Notes under the pieces: model-generated | Databases searched by the model: none | Told to the model about the DNA's origin: nothing | Seen by the model: only the letters and a program-made list of their open reading frames with translations | Translations under genes and position numbers: made by a program | Shown: piece after piece, positions 9,994-19,321 of the stretch | Layout: each line of letters starts with the position of its first letter | Position numbering within the stretch: position 1 is the stretch's first letter | NCBI GenBank assembly: GCA_018304045.1 | Contig: JAGVWZ010000016.1 | Span: 18,063-82,062 of the forward strand | Direction: 5' to 3' | Length of the DNA: 64,000 nucleotides | Origin: Candidatus Pacearchaeota archaeon | Lineage (GTDB): Archaea; Nanobdellota; Nanobdellia; Pacearchaeales; GW2011-AR1

Positions 9994-10566
9994 TTATATC
10001 AGTTCATGTATTCCCTTTGCAATCATTTCAATTGCAACAGCAGTTAAGAACAGTCCAAGAACCCTTGAGGTGATATCTATCACCTTTACATTTATTTTAG
10101 CTATTGTAAAAGAGAAGAATATGAATATTATTGCAACAAATATAAATGCTACAAAGATATTGGATATCATTGAAAAACTTCCAATTTCATAGGCCTTTAA
10201 AGTAATAAATGCAATTGTTGAAGGTCCTGTAAGCAAAGGAGTTGCAATTATGGATACAAGAGCATCTGTTTCCTTTATATTTTTTTTATCATCCTGCTTT
10301 GCTCTTATTTTATCTAACCCTAAAAGCAAGAGTACAACTCCTCCAGCAACTCTAAAAGAATCTATTGATATTTTAAACAAATTAAACAAAGAAGGTCCAA
10401 CAATAGCAATAATCACTGCAACAATAAATGCTACAATAACAGCACTAACTGCAATCTTCTTAACATTCATTTTGCTTTTGTATGCAGAAAGCAACACTGG
10501 GAATGAAGAAAGTGGATTTATTAGTATAAATAATTGAACAATTAATGCATAATCAAAAAGATTCAT
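9994..10566 (-). CDS. marC: MarC family membrane protein
   Basis: LINPL, SFRVAGGVVL, ATPLLTGP, RVLGLFLTAVAIEM. Confidence 0.9.
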   Translation of the reverse strand: MNLFDYALIVQLFILINPLSSFPVLLSAYKSKMNVKKIAVSAVIVAFIVAVIIAIVGPSLFNLFKISIDSFRVAGGVVLLLLGLDKIRAKQDDKKNIKETDALVSIIATPLLTGPSTIAFITLKAYEIGSFSMISNIFVAFIFVAIIFIFFSFTIAKINVKVIDITSRVLGLFLTAVAIEMIAKGIHELI

Positions 10567-10682
10567 TTTTACCTCTCAATTAATTAATCCAGTTTAGGTA
10601 TTTAAATTTATTTAATCAATAATCTTCATCTAAGGAATAGATTTTAAAATACTGAATTATTAATATTCTAAAGAGGAATAAT

Positions 10683-11297
10683 ATGAATTTTACAAATTTT
10701 GATCAAGTTCTGAATTTTATACAAGTTCAAGGATATATTGTAATTTTAATCCTAATGATTATTGAAGGCCCAATAGTTACAACAGCAGCTGCATTTGCAG
10801 CTTCTTTTGGTATTTTTAATATTTTTATTATATTCTTCTTGTCAATTGCAGGGGATTTGATTGGAGATATTATTTATTTTGAAGTAGGAAAAAAAGTAAG
10901 AGGAAATTTTATTGAAAAATATAGCAAGAGAATAGGTGTAGAAAATAAAACTCTAAAAAATATTGAGTCTATGCTTCATAATAATTTAATGAAAGCAATG
11001 GTTTTTATTAAATTTACACCTGTATTAGCAAGTATAGGCCTTCTTTTAAGCGGAGCACTAAGAACTCCCAGAAGAAAGTTTATCATTGCCTCATTATTAA
11101 TAACAATCCCAAGAGCAATATTCTTTACAGTGGTTGGATATTATTTTGGATTAGCAATAAAACCAATATTAAAATACTATAACTTAACAGGATACATATT
11201 TTTTATAATTGTGGTATTAATGCTTATTTTTTATATCTTTTACAAATGGTTCATTGAAAAATTAATCCTTTCTTACACTAAAGAAATAAGTAAATAA
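10683..11297 (+). CDS. DedA/VTT family membrane protein
   Basis: IEGPIV...AGDLIGDIIYF.VG pattern, multiple TM segments. Confidence 0.85.
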   Translation: MNFTNFDQVLNFIQVQGYIVILILMIIEGPIVTTAAAFAASFGIFNIFIIFFLSIAGDLIGDIIYFEVGKKVRGNFIEKYSKRIGVENKTLKNIESMLHNNLMKAMVFIKFTPVLASIGLLLSGALRTPRRKFIIASLLITIPRAIFFTVVGYYFGLAIKPILKYYNLTGYIFFIIVVLMLIFYIFYKWFIEKLILSYTKEISK

Positions 11298-12098
11298 TTT
11301 TCTTGTGTTCTTAACAATAAAATAGTGCACAGGTTTTACTTTATTATGACACTTACCATATCCAAAATTTTTAATACACCTAAAAAAATCACCTGCATTA
11401 TGAACAATAGGAATTATCTTTCCATTACTAAGAAACATTCCATTTTTTATTTTAAATTTTCTATTGAATATTGTTATAATAAAATTATAATCACTACCTA
11501 TTTCAAAAAAACCATGTCTATAGAAATAAATATTAACTAAAAACTGGTCAGGTCCAAAAACCTTTTTGTTTATTAGATTATCTTCAATAAACTTACAAAG
11601 CATAATGAATTTATCAGTTGGAGCAACAATAAATCCAGCATTTAATGATTTTTTATTATTTAGAATTTGGATTATTTCTTTTTTCAGATGTTTGCTAAAA
11701 AGATTTCTCCTTAGTATCTGTTTCATAAAAGGATCTTTCAATTCTTCTGCAACAATCCTAAAATCATTTTTATTTTTAAAAAATAGATGGGTTATATCTT
11801 TTTGAAATATAATATCTCCACTATCACAGGAAATTATTTGTTCATACTTATTTTTTTCTAAAAATTTTCTTAAATCCCTAAATCGAATATTTACAACATG
11901 CCCATCTCTATTACATTTTATAACAATAACTTCTTTAGATAAGAGTCTTTCTTTTTGTTCATTTGTAAGTCCATAGTCTAAAACAACAATATCCACCAAG
12001 TTTCTGTCTATATTCATTAAAAGTGATTTTAACCAATGATTAACTAAGAAATTTCCATACTTAGAATCACAGGCAGTTATAATTGCAAATTTCTTCAT
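11262..12098 (-). CDS. glycosyltransferase-like protein (GT-A fold)
   Basis: ITACDSKY, CDSGDIIFQ, LNAGFI, GPDQ, IVHNAG. Confidence 0.6.
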   Translation of the reverse strand: MKKFAIITACDSKYGNFLVNHWLKSLLMNIDRNLVDIVVLDYGLTNEQKERLLSKEVIVIKCNRDGHVVNIRFRDLRKFLEKNKYEQIISCDSGDIIFQKDITHLFFKNKNDFRIVAEELKDPFMKQILRRNLFSKHLKKEIIQILNNKKSLNAGFIVAPTDKFIMLCKFIEDNLINKKVFGPDQFLVNIYFYRHGFFEIGSDYNFIITIFNRKFKIKNGMFLSNGKIIPIVHNAGDFFRCIKNFGYGKCHNKVKPVHYFIVKNTRKLFTYFFSVRKD

Positions 12099-12138
12099 AG
12101 AATTACATTCTATCTTTCTTTATAAATTTTAAGATATT

Positions 12139-12666
12139 CTATTTTTTCCAATCATGAGTTAACTTGCTACAGGTATCAATTGTTAAGGACTCATTATCCT
12201 CTTGAATTTCATTTAAAAATTCTTTTCTAGCTTCTGAAATCTTCTTTTTAACATTCATCTCATCTCCATTACCTTCATCCCCACTAAATTCCGACTCATC
12301 ACCCCTATTATTATTATTATTATTATTTCGATTATTCCAACTTACACCACCATAACTTTTTCCATTATTAAACCCATTCTGTTCACTATGGCTCTCTCCT
12401 TCACCCACACTTCCAAACACCTCCACAGTTCCACATTCTCTAGTCTTAAACCTATCTCGAAGAATGTTTGCATTTGCCGCCCCATCAATCTCATTAGAGT
12501 CCTCTCGGATATATTTGCTAATATAGTCAATTTCCTTGATAGAATTAGGTAGTTTAGAAATTGGCTTATTAGAGAATCCTTCTTTGGAAGTAATCTTATT
12601 CGAAGGATTGTCTATAAATCTATAATCTTCAGAAGAATTTTCATCAACCTCAATTGCCATAGGCAA
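12139..12666 (-). CDS. hypothetical low-complexity protein
   Basis: 175-aa ORF with Asn run; no recognised motif. Confidence 0.5.
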   Translation of the reverse strand: MPMAIEVDENSSEDYRFIDNPSNKITSKEGFSNKPISKLPNSIKEIDYISKYIREDSNEIDGAANANILRDRFKTRECGTVEVFGSVGEGESHSEQNGFNNGKSYGGVSWNNRNNNNNNNRGDESEFSGDEGNGDEMNVKKKISEARKEFLNEIQEDNESLTIDTCSKLTHDWKK

Positions 12667-12745
12667 TTAAGCAGAGCATAGTTTATAAAATAATATATAA
12701 TACACGCCCGCGCCAAACTCTCGATAAAAGTGTCTCAGTTGAGCC

Positions 12746-13792
12746 TCACAAGAATATATTCCAGTAACTTTCAATCATCTCACTAGCAATAAACTGTACT
12801 AATTCAAAATAATCTTCAATTTTTACCTTAAACAAATCAGAATTATCAGCTTTTCTCATAGCTTTAAGATATTTTTCACGATTTTTATTTCTAATGACTA
12901 TTGGCGGATAATTATTTTTAATTAAAATATAATTTAGTAACATTCTTCCAGTTCTTCCATTTCCATCCATAAACGGATGGATTTTTTCAAACTTATGCTG
13001 AAAAATAATAGCTAAAACTAATGGATGAAGCTTTTCCTTATTTTCTTTATCTGAAGATTGCTTTGCAATCGAAGATTTGAGAACTCGGTTCTCATTATAC
13101 CATTTTAATAATAAATCCATATCTGTTTTTACATAAGGGGCAGGTGTTGATTTAAAATTAGCTTTTATAACCCTAACATCTTGAGTTCTATAGCCTATTC
13201 TTTTATCAATATTATCTAAAAGATTTTTGTGAATATTTATTATAAAATCATGAGTAATTTCTTCTTTACTTTCAATTACTTCAGAAAATACTTTTTCTGT
13301 ATTCTGCAAATCATAAATTTCTCTAAGTGTTCTGTTTTTAGGTGTTTTTCCATCTTCCAATAGTTTTTTTGCTTCTGCAAGTTTTATTGTATTTCCTTCA
13401 ATTGAAGTAGTATTATAAGCAAATTCTATTAGAAAATTCTTTAGAATTTCCCTGCGAGTCAAAGAATCATGTTTTTGAAATTCTCTTAAATAATGAAGTT
13501 TGCAAGCCTCAACTTCACTAAGTTTTTCTCCTAAAAATAAATCTTGTTTTAATTTTAACTTTTTGACTTCATCAACAAGCCTATTTGATTCTAGAAAATT
13601 ATGAATAGTCTTATATGCCTTTCTTATTTCATTTTTATATTTTGGAAGGTTTTCAAGTGATTTTTTTACATCTTCAGTATTACTTCCAAGATATGCTAAA
13701 TCTTTAGTAACAAGCTTATCTTCTTTTTTTTCAGATGCCCTTAAGTAATAATATTCTTTCTTTCCAATAGTTTTCTTATAGATATATGCCAT
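12746..13792 (-). CDS. Fic family protein
   Basis: IHPFMDGNGRTGR motif; TTSIEGN. Confidence 0.95.
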   Translation of the reverse strand: MAYIYKKTIGKKEYYYLRASEKKEDKLVTKDLAYLGSNTEDVKKSLENLPKYKNEIRKAYKTIHNFLESNRLVDEVKKLKLKQDLFLGEKLSEVEACKLHYLREFQKHDSLTRREILKNFLIEFAYNTTSIEGNTIKLAEAKKLLEDGKTPKNRTLREIYDLQNTEKVFSEVIESKEEITHDFIINIHKNLLDNIDKRIGYRTQDVRVIKANFKSTPAPYVKTDMDLLLKWYNENRVLKSSIAKQSSDKENKEKLHPLVLAIIFQHKFEKIHPFMDGNGRTGRMLLNYILIKNNYPPIVIRNKNREKYLKAMRKADNSDLFKVKIEDYFELVQFIASEMIESYWNIFL

Positions 13793-13870
13793 AGGAAATC
13801 TAAGAAAGCCTAGTTTATAAATCTTACCCTTTATTTATAAAATTATATTATAAAGGGTAAACGCCCGCGC

Positions 13871-13927
13871 CGAACAAAAGGACTTTTAGTAAATATTAAT
13901 AAAATTGGAAAGAACTTTTGTGAATAG
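13871..13927. repeat. ~56-bp dispersed element, copy 1
   Basis: CGAACAAAAGGACTTTTAGTAAAT...CTTTTGTGAATAG, homologous to 38953 and 42249. Confidence 0.75.
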
Positions 13928-13960
13928 AACTCTGGATAAAAGTGTCTCAGTTAGAAGAAA

Positions 13961-14209
13961 TTATTGTTCTTTTTTATGATATAAATTTAATATGATTACT
14001 CTTTCCTCATGTTTTATATAGCAATAAGAAAGTCTAAATGGAGATACATATAATTCTCTTGTTCCTCTTCGGTCATACATCATAGGTTTTCCAATTTCAG
14101 GATTATTTTTTATTTTTTCAATTTGTTTGATTACTCTTTCCTTTAAATTATTATCCTTAATTTTTGAAAATGTTTCTCTAAATTTATCATCAAAATTAAC
14201 TCTTGTCAT
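13961..14209 (-). CDS. RelE/ParE family toxin
   Basis: Size and NPEIGKPM...RELYVSPFRLSY pattern; downstream of AbrB-type antitoxin. Confidence 0.85.
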   Translation of the reverse strand: MTRVNFDDKFRETFSKIKDNNLKERVIKQIEKIKNNPEIGKPMMYDRRGTRELYVSPFRLSYCYIKHEERVIILNLYHKKEQ

Positions 14210-14250
14210 TTTAACCTCTTTTTTATTATAATCTGAGAAATAGAATTAAA

Positions 14251-14520
14251 TCACCATTTCTTCATTTCTTCTATAAAATTGTCAAATCCCATTTCTTTAA
14301 ATTCCCCTCTTTCATACCTTTTATATGCCTCTTCAGTTCTTCTTGCAAATTCTAAATCTTCCTCAAGAGTTTTACTAAATTCATCAGCTTTTTTTAATAT
14401 TATCTGACTATCATTTTTAATTATAACAAGTTTATCTCCTTCTTTCAAATCTCCTCTCATCTCTAAAGGTATAACTATTTGTCCTTTAGAGCTTATTCTT
14501 GTTATTGATATATTTTCCAT
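14251..14520 (-). CDS. AbrB/MazE family antitoxin
   Basis: ISSKGQIVIPLEMR AbrB signature. Confidence 0.88.
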   Translation of the reverse strand: MENISITRISSKGQIVIPLEMRGDLKEGDKLVIIKNDSQIILKKADEFSKTLEEDLEFARRTEEAYKRYERGEFKEMGFDNFIEEMKKW

Positions 14521-14812
14521 GTTAAATTTTTAAATTTAATCAGACAGAAAATTCTTAATTTTCTGTATATGTAAGATTAGTCTTACTAGTATATAAATAT
14601 TTCTATGAACAAATCTTACTCTCTACAAATGATATTTGTATTGTAAGGGGTAACCGCCCATGCCAGACACCCATCATCTGGGTATATCTTAGTGTTTTTA
14701 TAAGAATTACTTAATCTATTGAATTTATAAGAGCTGTCGAGATAAAATATATCTATTTGACTTACCCCTACATAATAGGAAGATTTAAATATGTGTAGGG
14801 GTATAAATAATT

Positions 14813-15763
14813 ATGGTAAGTGTTAAATATAAAACTATTAATGGAAAGAAATATCTTTATGCAGAACATTCTTTTAGATTGCCTAATGGCAAAATCAAAA
14901 AAATATCTAAATTAATACAAAACAAAGAAGAAGAAAAGAATAGGGGGATAAAAGATTATTTCTTAAAAAAACAAATGGAATCTTATCAGGATTATGCATT
15001 AGAAACCTATAAACCAGATAGTATACTTAATGAAGAACAGATAAAAAAATTAGAACAGATAAAAGTAGAATATAAAGAAATAATGAAATCTTTTACTAAA
15101 AATCAAATAAAAGACATTTTAGACAGATTTACTGTTAATTTTACTTATGAATCTAATGCTATTGAAGGCAATTCTTTAACTCTAAAGGATGTAACTCTTA
15201 TACTTGGGGAAAATGTTGTTCCAAAAAACAAGGATTTAAGAGAAGTTTATGAAACAAGAAATACAAGAGAAGCCCATGAATTATTATTCAAAAATAAAGT
15301 AAAAATAAATATCAAAGATATAATTAATATTCACTCTATTCTTGTAAAGGATACAGGTGTTCAATTAGGATTTAAGAAACTTCCAAATTATCTTTTAATG
15401 AGGGATTTAAAAACAACTCCTCCTGAAAAAGTTGAAGAAGAAATGAACAAACTAATCCTTTGGTATAAAGCGAGTAAAAATAAAATTCATCCATTAAGAC
15501 TCGTGAGCGAATTTCATGCAAGATTTGAAAGTATCCATCCATTTGATGATGGAAATGGAAGAACTGGAAGAATTTTGTTAAATGCTATACTTTTTGAACA
15601 TAATTATCCTCCTTTAATTATAAGAAAAACAGCAAGAATTGCATATTTTTCTTCATTAGAAGCTTTTGATAAAGGATATAAAAATAAACTAGAAAGATTT
15701 TTGCTCGATAAGATAAAAGATACCTTTGAAAAATTTTTTAAGATTTATGTTAAATATCTTTAA
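14813..15763 (+). CDS. Fic family protein
   Basis: IHPFDDGNGRTGR; SNAIEGN. Confidence 0.95.
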   Translation: MVSVKYKTINGKKYLYAEHSFRLPNGKIKKISKLIQNKEEEKNRGIKDYFLKKQMESYQDYALETYKPDSILNEEQIKKLEQIKVEYKEIMKSFTKNQIKDILDRFTVNFTYESNAIEGNSLTLKDVTLILGENVVPKNKDLREVYETRNTREAHELLFKNKVKINIKDIINIHSILVKDTGVQLGFKKLPNYLLMRDLKTTPPEKVEEEMNKLILWYKASKNKIHPLRLVSEFHARFESIHPFDDGNGRTGRILLNAILFEHNYPPLIIRKTARIAYFSSLEAFDKGYKNKLERFLLDKIKDTFEKFFKIYVKYL

Positions 15764-15911
15764 ATATAAGGACCAGAATAGGATATAACAAATCCGCCCG
15801 CGCCTGTTTAAATTCCCATTTCTTTATTATTAATCTTACCAAAATGATAATTTAAAACTCAAACATCGGGTTCCCCGAGTTCATAGTCTCGGTTAAAATT
15901 ATAAGAGAAAG

Positions 15912-15983
15912 CGCCCGCGCCGAGACTCGAACTCGGGTTGCATCCGTGACAGGGATGAGTGCTAACCACTACACTACGCGGGC
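15912..15983 (-). tRNA. tRNA-Asp(GUC)
   Basis: Cloverleaf with GCCCGCG/CGCGGGC acceptor, anticodon loop CT-GTC-AC, T loop TTCGAGT. Confidence 0.96.
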
Positions 15984-16087
15984 AAGTTTAAGCTAAGTCA
16001 AATATCTGCTTTAATAGCTAGATTGAACTTGACCTAGGCATGATTATTTTACAATTTTAAGATTTTTAAACCTTAGTATTTATAGAA

Positions 16088-16480
16088 TTATCTCTTTCTC
16101 TTTTTCATCCAATTAAGAATAAACATTACACCAATAATAATAGCAGGTAATGCAATTATCATTGACCAACTAAGTGCAATATACCATTGTGGCCACAATC
16201 TTATGGCTGTTGATATAAAATAAAGCACGCCCAATCCAATAAATATAATTCCTCCAACTAGATTATATCTCCATGCAATTAGCAGAACAATTATTAATAA
16301 AAAACTAGGAATCAAATGCATAAATAGCCCTAAGATTGTTCCCCAAAAACCAAGATTCGAATCAAAAATATCCAATGCAAATAAACTAATAAACATTACA
16401 AATAATATGGCTAATATTCTGGGAGTCCAAAACAACCATTTATTGACTTTCTTATTCTTTTTTAAAATTATTTTTTTCAT
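16088..16480 (-). CDS. membrane protein (4 TM)
   Basis: Hydrophobic segments; WTPRILAILF...FALDIF...GLFMHLIP. Confidence 0.75.
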   Translation of the reverse strand: MKKIILKKNKKVNKWLFWTPRILAILFVMFISLFALDIFDSNLGFWGTILGLFMHLIPSFLLIIVLLIAWRYNLVGGIIFIGLGVLYFISTAIRLWPQWYIALSWSMIIALPAIIIGVMFILNWMKKRKR

Positions 16481-16750
16481 ATATAGCTAATGAATTAGAA
16501 GTATTTATATCCTGTTATCAATAATTTATTTCAGCAAGAGGAAAGTATCTCTAACTTCTAAACTAACAAATTCTTAAGAGGCTGAACATGAGAAGACTCA
16601 AACAAATTTTAACATTAATAATAAGACCCAATTAATCAACCTAAGAACTATTTCTTCAATAATATAATAAACCTACTAAGTTTTGCATGACTAATTAATA
16701 TAAACACTACCAATAGAAAAGATTTTGGTTAGACTTATCTTCCAAAATTA

Positions 16751-16890
16751 GGCTCTGTCCGGAATAAATTAATCTAGTCTTATATTGAATAATAAATCTC
16801 TTCATTTTTCTTTCACGCCCTCAATTATTAGGGGCGCGTAAATAAAAATAAGTTTAATTCTAATAAGTATAAAGAACTCCGGACAAAGCC
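16751..16890. mobile_element. MITE copy 1 (140 bp)
   Basis: TIR GGCTCTGTCCGGA / TCCGGACAAAGCC; perfect 8-bp TSD CAAAATTA (16743, 16891). Confidence 0.88.
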
Positions 16891-16915
16891 CAAAATTAAA
16901 ACCCTAATAAAAACA

Positions 16916-17347
16916 TTATTTCTTCCTATGAGCTTCGCCCTTCTCAACCCTTTTTGTGAATATTAAATAACAAACAGGTAATATTCCAAAAGTGCTTACT
17001 ATTAATAATATCCAAAACCAAAGTTTAGAATTTTTCTTAGAAGCTCTCCACATTGCAAATCCTTTCATAATCATATCAAATATAGTAAGCAACATTATTC
17101 CAAAAATAACAGCTAAGGACTTTATAACTTCCTTTCTAACATCAGGATTAGTTTTTATAGCATTTATAAGAGCTTCCTTAGGATTAGGCGGGCTTATTCC
17201 ATTCTGAAGATAATTCATCTGATTATTTGCTATTTGCTGTTGAATTGAACCCTGCACAGTATTAGCACTAACAAAACTAAAAATATTAATTAAAAATATT
17301 AATCCAAAAATTAAAGCTAATTGTTTTTTCATTTCCTCTTTTTCCAA
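16916..17347 (-). CDS. membrane protein with DUF5652-like C-terminus
   Basis: MKGFAMWRASK...WFWILLIVSTFGILP; paralogous motif to 3813-4091. Confidence 0.7.
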   Translation of the reverse strand: MEKEEMKKQLALIFGLIFLINIFSFVSANTVQGSIQQQIANNQMNYLQNGISPPNPKEALINAIKTNPDVRKEVIKSLAVIFGIMLLTIFDMIMKGFAMWRASKKNSKLWFWILLIVSTFGILPVCYLIFTKRVEKGEAHRKK

Positions 17348-17666
17348 TTTATAATTAATATAAAAATTAGGAGTTTATAAATTATACGAATTTATAACAG
17401 ATCTCAATTAGTCTCTACTTATCTTTCTAAATCTATTAATCAAAAAAATGATCCTTGACAAAGTCAGGTTATTTTTTTCCCAAGAATTTTATTAGTCTTA
17501 GGACCTATCAGCTATTTGATTAATTAAGTTATAACTTACTTCCCTATGCTAGATTATATTGTTTTACATACGATACCTATACTTTAAGATATTCTGCTTT
17601 ACAATTATAAGGGAATATTCAATTAACAATATTTAAAAATCCTTATGGCTATGTTTTAATATCACA

Positions 17667-18659
17667 ATGAACAACAATGATGAAACAGGGGGAGTACTTC
17701 AGAGTATATTATACTTTTTTATACTAATTTTATTATTAGTTCTACTAAGTGTATCTATTTATGCAGGATATATTATATATAGGGATTTGCCAAGAGAACC
17801 AGAAAATTTAAATGTAGTATTAAATCCTGAGGCCAATGATTCTACAAATTATGATTCTGATGTTAATCAGTTTAATAAAAACATGAAGTTTAATCATAAT
17901 AATATTTCCTATAGATTTTTTGATTGCAACTATGAGCAAGAAATAAGAGTGTTAAATGCATTTGAAATTCTGTCCAATGAAACAGGATTAATAACCTTTG
18001 TTAAATCATTAGGATTTCCAGACATTGAAATTTTATGTTCTGAAACTAGCAAGCAGACACAAGAACTAGGATCAGAGTATTTTATAGCAGGAGAAGGAGG
18101 AGCAAAAGAAATAATTCAAACAATCAAGTATAATATTATAACCTCTGGTTCTATATTGCTCTATGATTCTCCAACAGGTTCTTTAAAATGTAATTCTCCT
18201 GAAATAGAATTACATGAATTACTTCATGTCTTTGGTTTTGACCATTCTTCAAATAAGAATAGTTTAATGAACCCCTATCTAAGTTCCTGTAAGCAAAAGA
18301 TTGATGTTTCAATAATCAATGAATTAAAAAGATTGTATGCAGAAACAAATCTTCCAGACTTGTATTTTGAAACTTTTTCCCAACCAATTAAAAAAGGAAG
18401 ATATTTGGATTTGAATTTTACAATAAAAAATTCAGGAACAGTAGATGCAGAAAATGCAAGTTTTTCAATCATTGAAGAAGGAAAAATTTTAGAGACCCAT
18501 AGCCTAGCAGATATAAATTTTGGGGCAGGAGTATTAATGAAAATGGAAAATATAAAATTAAGAAGTTCAGACCCAAAACAAATTTCAATAATAATTGATT
18601 ACAATCAGAATATACCAGAACTAGATAAAGAGAATAATATAGCGGAGATAACTTTCTAA
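17667..18659 (+). CDS. membrane-anchored metzincin (matrixin-like) metalloprotease with CARDB-like domain
   Basis: HELLHVFGFDH zinc motif, SLMNP Met-turn; PDL...IKNSGT..A...E.D.ENN. Confidence 0.88.
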   Translation: MNNNDETGGVLQSILYFFILILLLVLLSVSIYAGYIIYRDLPREPENLNVVLNPEANDSTNYDSDVNQFNKNMKFNHNNISYRFFDCNYEQEIRVLNAFEILSNETGLITFVKSLGFPDIEILCSETSKQTQELGSEYFIAGEGGAKEIIQTIKYNIITSGSILLYDSPTGSLKCNSPEIELHELLHVFGFDHSSNKNSLMNPYLSSCKQKIDVSIINELKRLYAETNLPDLYFETFSQPIKKGRYLDLNFTIKNSGTVDAENASFSIIEEGKILETHSLADINFGAGVLMKMENIKLRSSDPKQISIIIDYNQNIPELDKENNIAEITF

Positions 18660-18700
18660 AAAATATACAAATAGTTATTCATTAAATTTTAAATATGTTA

Positions 18701-18920
18701 ATGTCAGAAATTAAACCACATCTTTTAAGATGTGGATGTTTACTTGTTTTAATTTCTGAGCCATCAAAATATTTTAAATATTTTGTGGCGCCTAAAACTT
18801 CTGAAAGTTTTAGTGCGCATCCTAAAAACAAGTGCCTGTCACAAACCACACATGTCAGAAATCTTTTATGGATTTCTGAGCACTATTGAGAATTAAAAAT
18901 TCTCAAAGCTTTAGTGTGTT
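18701..18920. repeat. structured repeat / candidate ncRNA, copy 2
   Basis: Same core and first stem as 2901-3016 plus four extra hairpins. Confidence 0.7.
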
Positions 18921-18986
18921 AAGTAAATTATAATTGGCTTAAAAGAAATTATACAAAATTACTATAAAAAATAAAAAATAAAAAAT

Positions 18987-19112
18987 CTAGTCAGGAGAAA
19001 TTTCTTCTTCCTCTTCATCATCTTCAGATTCATCATCTAAATCTTCATCAAATTCTTCATCGTCTAGATCTTCATCATCAGATTCTTCAATTTCTTCTTT
19101 TTCTTCTATCAT
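18987..19112 (-). CDS. 41-aa highly acidic peptide
   Basis: MIEEKEEIEESDDEDLDDEEFDEDLDDESEDDEEEEEISPD; not in ORF track. Confidence 0.5.
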   Translation of the reverse strand: MIEEKEEIEESDDEDLDDEEFDEDLDDESEDDEEEEEISPD

Positions 19113-19321
19113 CTTTTTGATTGTATAAATTTAATTAAAATAAGTTGTTTTTTTCTGTTTTTAAACCTTTTCAATAAAAGACTATTTTAATTTTTGATGA
19201 CAAAGCTTTATTAATAGGCTGTAATCACGAAATTTTAAATTTTTATAATTAATATTATATTTAGTTATTACTATTAAATTACACTAAATAGCAATCTTTA
19301 AAAAGCTATTTTCTATCATAT

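Larger units (their letters stand above)
12705..15804 (-). repeat. array of tRNA-Asp 3'-end copies bounding gene cassettes
   Basis: CGCCCGCGCC at 12705, 13862 and 15795, degenerate CGCCCATGCC at 14655; matches tRNA-Asp 3' end at 15912. Confidence 0.85.

Noticed and set aside
12705..15804. CRISPR array interpretation of the spaced repeats
   Set aside because: Repeats are only 10-15 nt, match tRNA ends and are separated by whole genes; no cas genes.
18695..18889. 64-aa ORF
   Set aside because: Lies entirely in the hairpin-rich repeat; likely spurious.
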